Assembly: GCA_001179505.1 (NCBI GenBank)
Contig: CDMY01000560.1
Coordinates: 1 to 51,812 of the forward strand
Length of the DNA stretch: 51,812 nucleotides
Direction of reading: 5' to 3'
From: Vitrella brassicaformis CCMP3155
Taxonomy: Eukaryota > Protista > Chromerida
Both the position numbers and the translations under genes were made by a program. Shown here in pieces: positions 48,971-51,812 of this stretch (within the stretch, counting starts at the first letter, position 1; each line of letters opens with the position of its first letter). A model generated the notes under the pieces. The model did not search any database. It was given only the letters and a program-made list of their open reading frames with translations, and had not been told where the DNA came from.

Positions 48971-51570
48971 TCAGCTGAGCTGCTCGTTGACGAAACGGCT
49001 GATGAAGTGTGCCAGCTGCCCCCTCCCTATCGCATCACGAATCGCCACAAACAGCCGACTGTACGCCTCAAGATTGTGCCTGCATGACATGAATGCAACA
49101 ACCACCAGCATAACAACACCACACACACAGACATGTGCGCCTCTGTTAAGATGTGCCGCTGGTCATCGACCACATCACCTGGTGAGCAGCAGCTGCGCGT
49201 TCATCTCTTTGCAGTTGGCCAGGTGGTGGATGTAGGCGCGACTGTACTCAACAGGACTCCACTCACACAGCTTCTGTTCATCGTCGCGCGACCGACACAC
49301 AGGGACAATGAAGAGAATATGTGGCAAGGATGGAGAAAGTGAGCTGTGTCCCTCCCACATCGAAGTTGGTGGCTTGGGACGTGTCCGTCAGGTCCACTTG
49401 CAAAGCAGCGGGGAGGTCGGCCAACTGATCGATCAAGGCACACACACGCCACCATGCGTGGATGGATGACAGCGTCCACCTGTCCGGCTTACGTCTTGTT
49501 CGACGAGCGTCTTGTTGACGAATGCTGTGGCATCATCCGACCCACCATCATGGCCCTGCTGCTGTCCATCTTCCCTGCCCACACTGAGGGCATCGAAGGT
49601 TAGCGCCACATTCTTGTCGGCCATCTGCAGCGGATACCTACCCAGCCATACGCACACACACGCATCGGCCGATCACGTGCTGCCCGTGTGGTATGGTCAG
49701 TTACGTGCATTCGAAGACGTCCACGCCCAGCCACACACCCTGAAGCACCTCTACTGCAGAAGACAAAACACAAACAGAACACGCCAGAGGCATTGGAAGA
49801 GCTCTTCTCTGCGGTGTGTTTCAATCCGACACTCACCTGGTGACCCCCTGCAGGGCATCAGCCGCGGCTTGTCAGCTGGGAGATGCTTCTGAACCATACA
49901 GAGGCCCCCATCCACCCACCCATTCTCTCTCTTTCTCTCTCCCTGTGTCATCTTTTCTCTCTCTCCGCAACACTGGTGGTTTACCATAGCTGCCTGCAAC
50001 GCCGCTGCCCTGTCTTTGGACGTCTCATCGTATCCACATCCGCCGAGAGAGAAGCCTGCCACCTCTGGCTTGGCCGCCGCAAGCTTGGCAGCCGTCTCAC
50101 GCCACTGCGTGTCACTACCACCTGCATCGATGACACATGAACACGTTGGTGGCTGGCCGTACGTAAGACAAGACGGGAGTGTGTGCCCCGCCCGCTACAC
50201 GACCACGAGCTCACCTTGTATGTTTGCAATGATGCTGACAGAATAGTCGGCCCGAAGCTGAAAGGAAGAAACCACACACACACACAGAGAGAGAGAGATG
50301 ATGACTGACAAAGTGGGAAGGTGACACGGTATACGGTGGGTGGAGTGGTCCCATCTCACTCACTCACTTACTGCTGTGGTCTGCTCGATGATTTCATCCA
50401 GACTGAAGACACATCATAGAATACACACACAGCATGATTTTCTCTCGTATGTGTGTGTGTGTCTTTCTTAGGTTCACTTACTTACCATTTCTGTGCCTTC
50501 TCAACGGCCCTCTTCAGCCTGGAGGACGACACACCAAACCACACCCACACCCCCTATGACACTTGGCTTGTCTGTCTGTCTGTCTGTCTATGTCAAGTGA
50601 TATGTATGTGTCTTACGCACTTCTTGCCCCCCGCCTTGCCCATCGGGCACTCCTCAGCAATGGATGTCGCCAGCAGAGGCTGATTAATGAACCACACAGA
50701 CAGACACGCTGTACACCCTCATGTCCACCCTTCCGTCTGCGCTCGGTGCGCTTGCCTTGAGTGTGCGTGTGATATGCACCCAGTCCTTGCTCAACACCTT
50801 CCGCCGACCCCCAGTCGTTTGCTGACCACACAGGCACACATGCACGCGACAGATGCGCCGATGGCATGACAAAACACACGGATGGATTTGATGAGTTTAG
50901 TGTTTTTTCTGACCACGGCCACAGCATCGCCCTCAAACACACCCTCAGCCAGAAGCGGATCGCGGAAATTCTAAAGGAAGGCGCCCCGAGTGGAACACAG
51001 ACATGCTGTGGTGTGGTTGCGTTGACTCGTACGCTGGCTGACCAGACCATATGGCAGTGGAATCGATGCAGTCCGAGCAGCTTTTTCTTGCATGGGTCGG
51101 GATACGCCTCTATCAGCGACTGCCGCAGCAACCTGCACACAGCGACCCAACCACACCACACCCACCACACATCAGTCCACGGGCGGCTGGTGAGTGCAGA
51201 CCTTCTTACAGACGTACATTTCTCCACACGGGCAGTCGACGACCCGTATCTCGCCCATCGACTCCTCCGTCCCGCTGCCATGCTCAGCCGTGCCGTCCTC
51301 ATCTTGACCCGTCTTTCGTTTCTTGGGCGGCCGGCCGACCTCCTCCAGCAGCGGCGGCATTAGGTGGTTCGGGACACCCCTGACACCCATTGCAGAAGTC
51401 ACAGAATGAATGCACTTTCGCGTCACGGTCTTGTGTGGACTCGACCTGGTGGTGACGAGGAACATCGTGGGCGTCGGGATGTCGCCCTTGAGCATCCCCA
51501 GACGTCCAGGGCCATCGCTCGCTCTCAGCAGCTGGAAGAGAGGGGCCGAAGCATCCTCGTTTGAAGCCAT
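48971..51570 (-). CDS. QTRT2: Queuine tRNA-ribosyltransferase accessory subunit (QTRT2/QTRTD1-like)
   Basis: N-terminal PGRLGML...IPTPTMFLVTTRSSPH, AGFSLGG, LPADKPRL, GVDVFEC, YSRAYIHHL..EMNAQLLLT|RHNL..Y...F..IRDAI, ending EQLS* at 48971. Confidence 0.85.
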
Positions 51571-51812
51571 TTTTCGGAGATCTTCGTCAATCCCGCAGAT
51601 CACGTATGTCCTTGAGCCTTCACAGAGCCCACCATTCATCCACACGCGCGATTTCGCACCAACGACGATCCCTTTCAGCAAGCTTGTGGCTTGCACCTCG
51701 GACCCCCCCTCTCACACACCTTTCCAACCGCTGTTTCGCATTGATAAGCATTGAGGTAGTATGTGTGCTCGAGGCCGAGCGCTGCGACAAGCTGGGCCCG
51801 CCGTTGAAGCCG

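Noticed and set aside
51571-51812. Extension of QTRT2 to 51696, or a separate gene fragment at the window end
   Set aside because: QTRT2 similarity begins right after the ATG at 51570. The upstream sequence may be the 3' end of another gene but is truncated and unresolvable.

Overview
Eukaryotic, GC-rich, intron-dense genomic DNA with two 300-N scaffold gaps (15539-15838, 23169-23468). Introns are short and full of (CA/TG)n, (GACA)n, (GGAT)n and (GGCA)n microsatellites. This style, an oocyst-wall-type protein and typical orphan families point to a chromerid alveolate, most likely Vitrella brassicaformis (inference). Most supplied six-frame ORFs are artefacts that read through introns or antisense to exons, so I rebuilt gene models by hand from splice sites; coordinates are gene spans and some termini are approximate. 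About 19 genes: an AP2-like/basic-helix gene between 23-bp direct repeats, RAD5/HLTF-type helicase, CID-like protein, 131-aa unknown protein, MARCH-type RING-CH ligase, Cys-repeat oocyst-wall-like protein with extensin-like ends, lineage-family protein, two divergent kinases, leader-bearing HSP20, F-box-like protein, domain-less helical protein, SDR, METTL21-type methyltransferase with a long extension, QTRT2 and several hypotheticals. I found no rRNA, tRNA, CRISPR array or transposase. The best leads are the OWP/extensin hybrid, the repeat-flanked AP2-like cassette and the 131-aa protein. None is a demonstrated new system from sequence alone.
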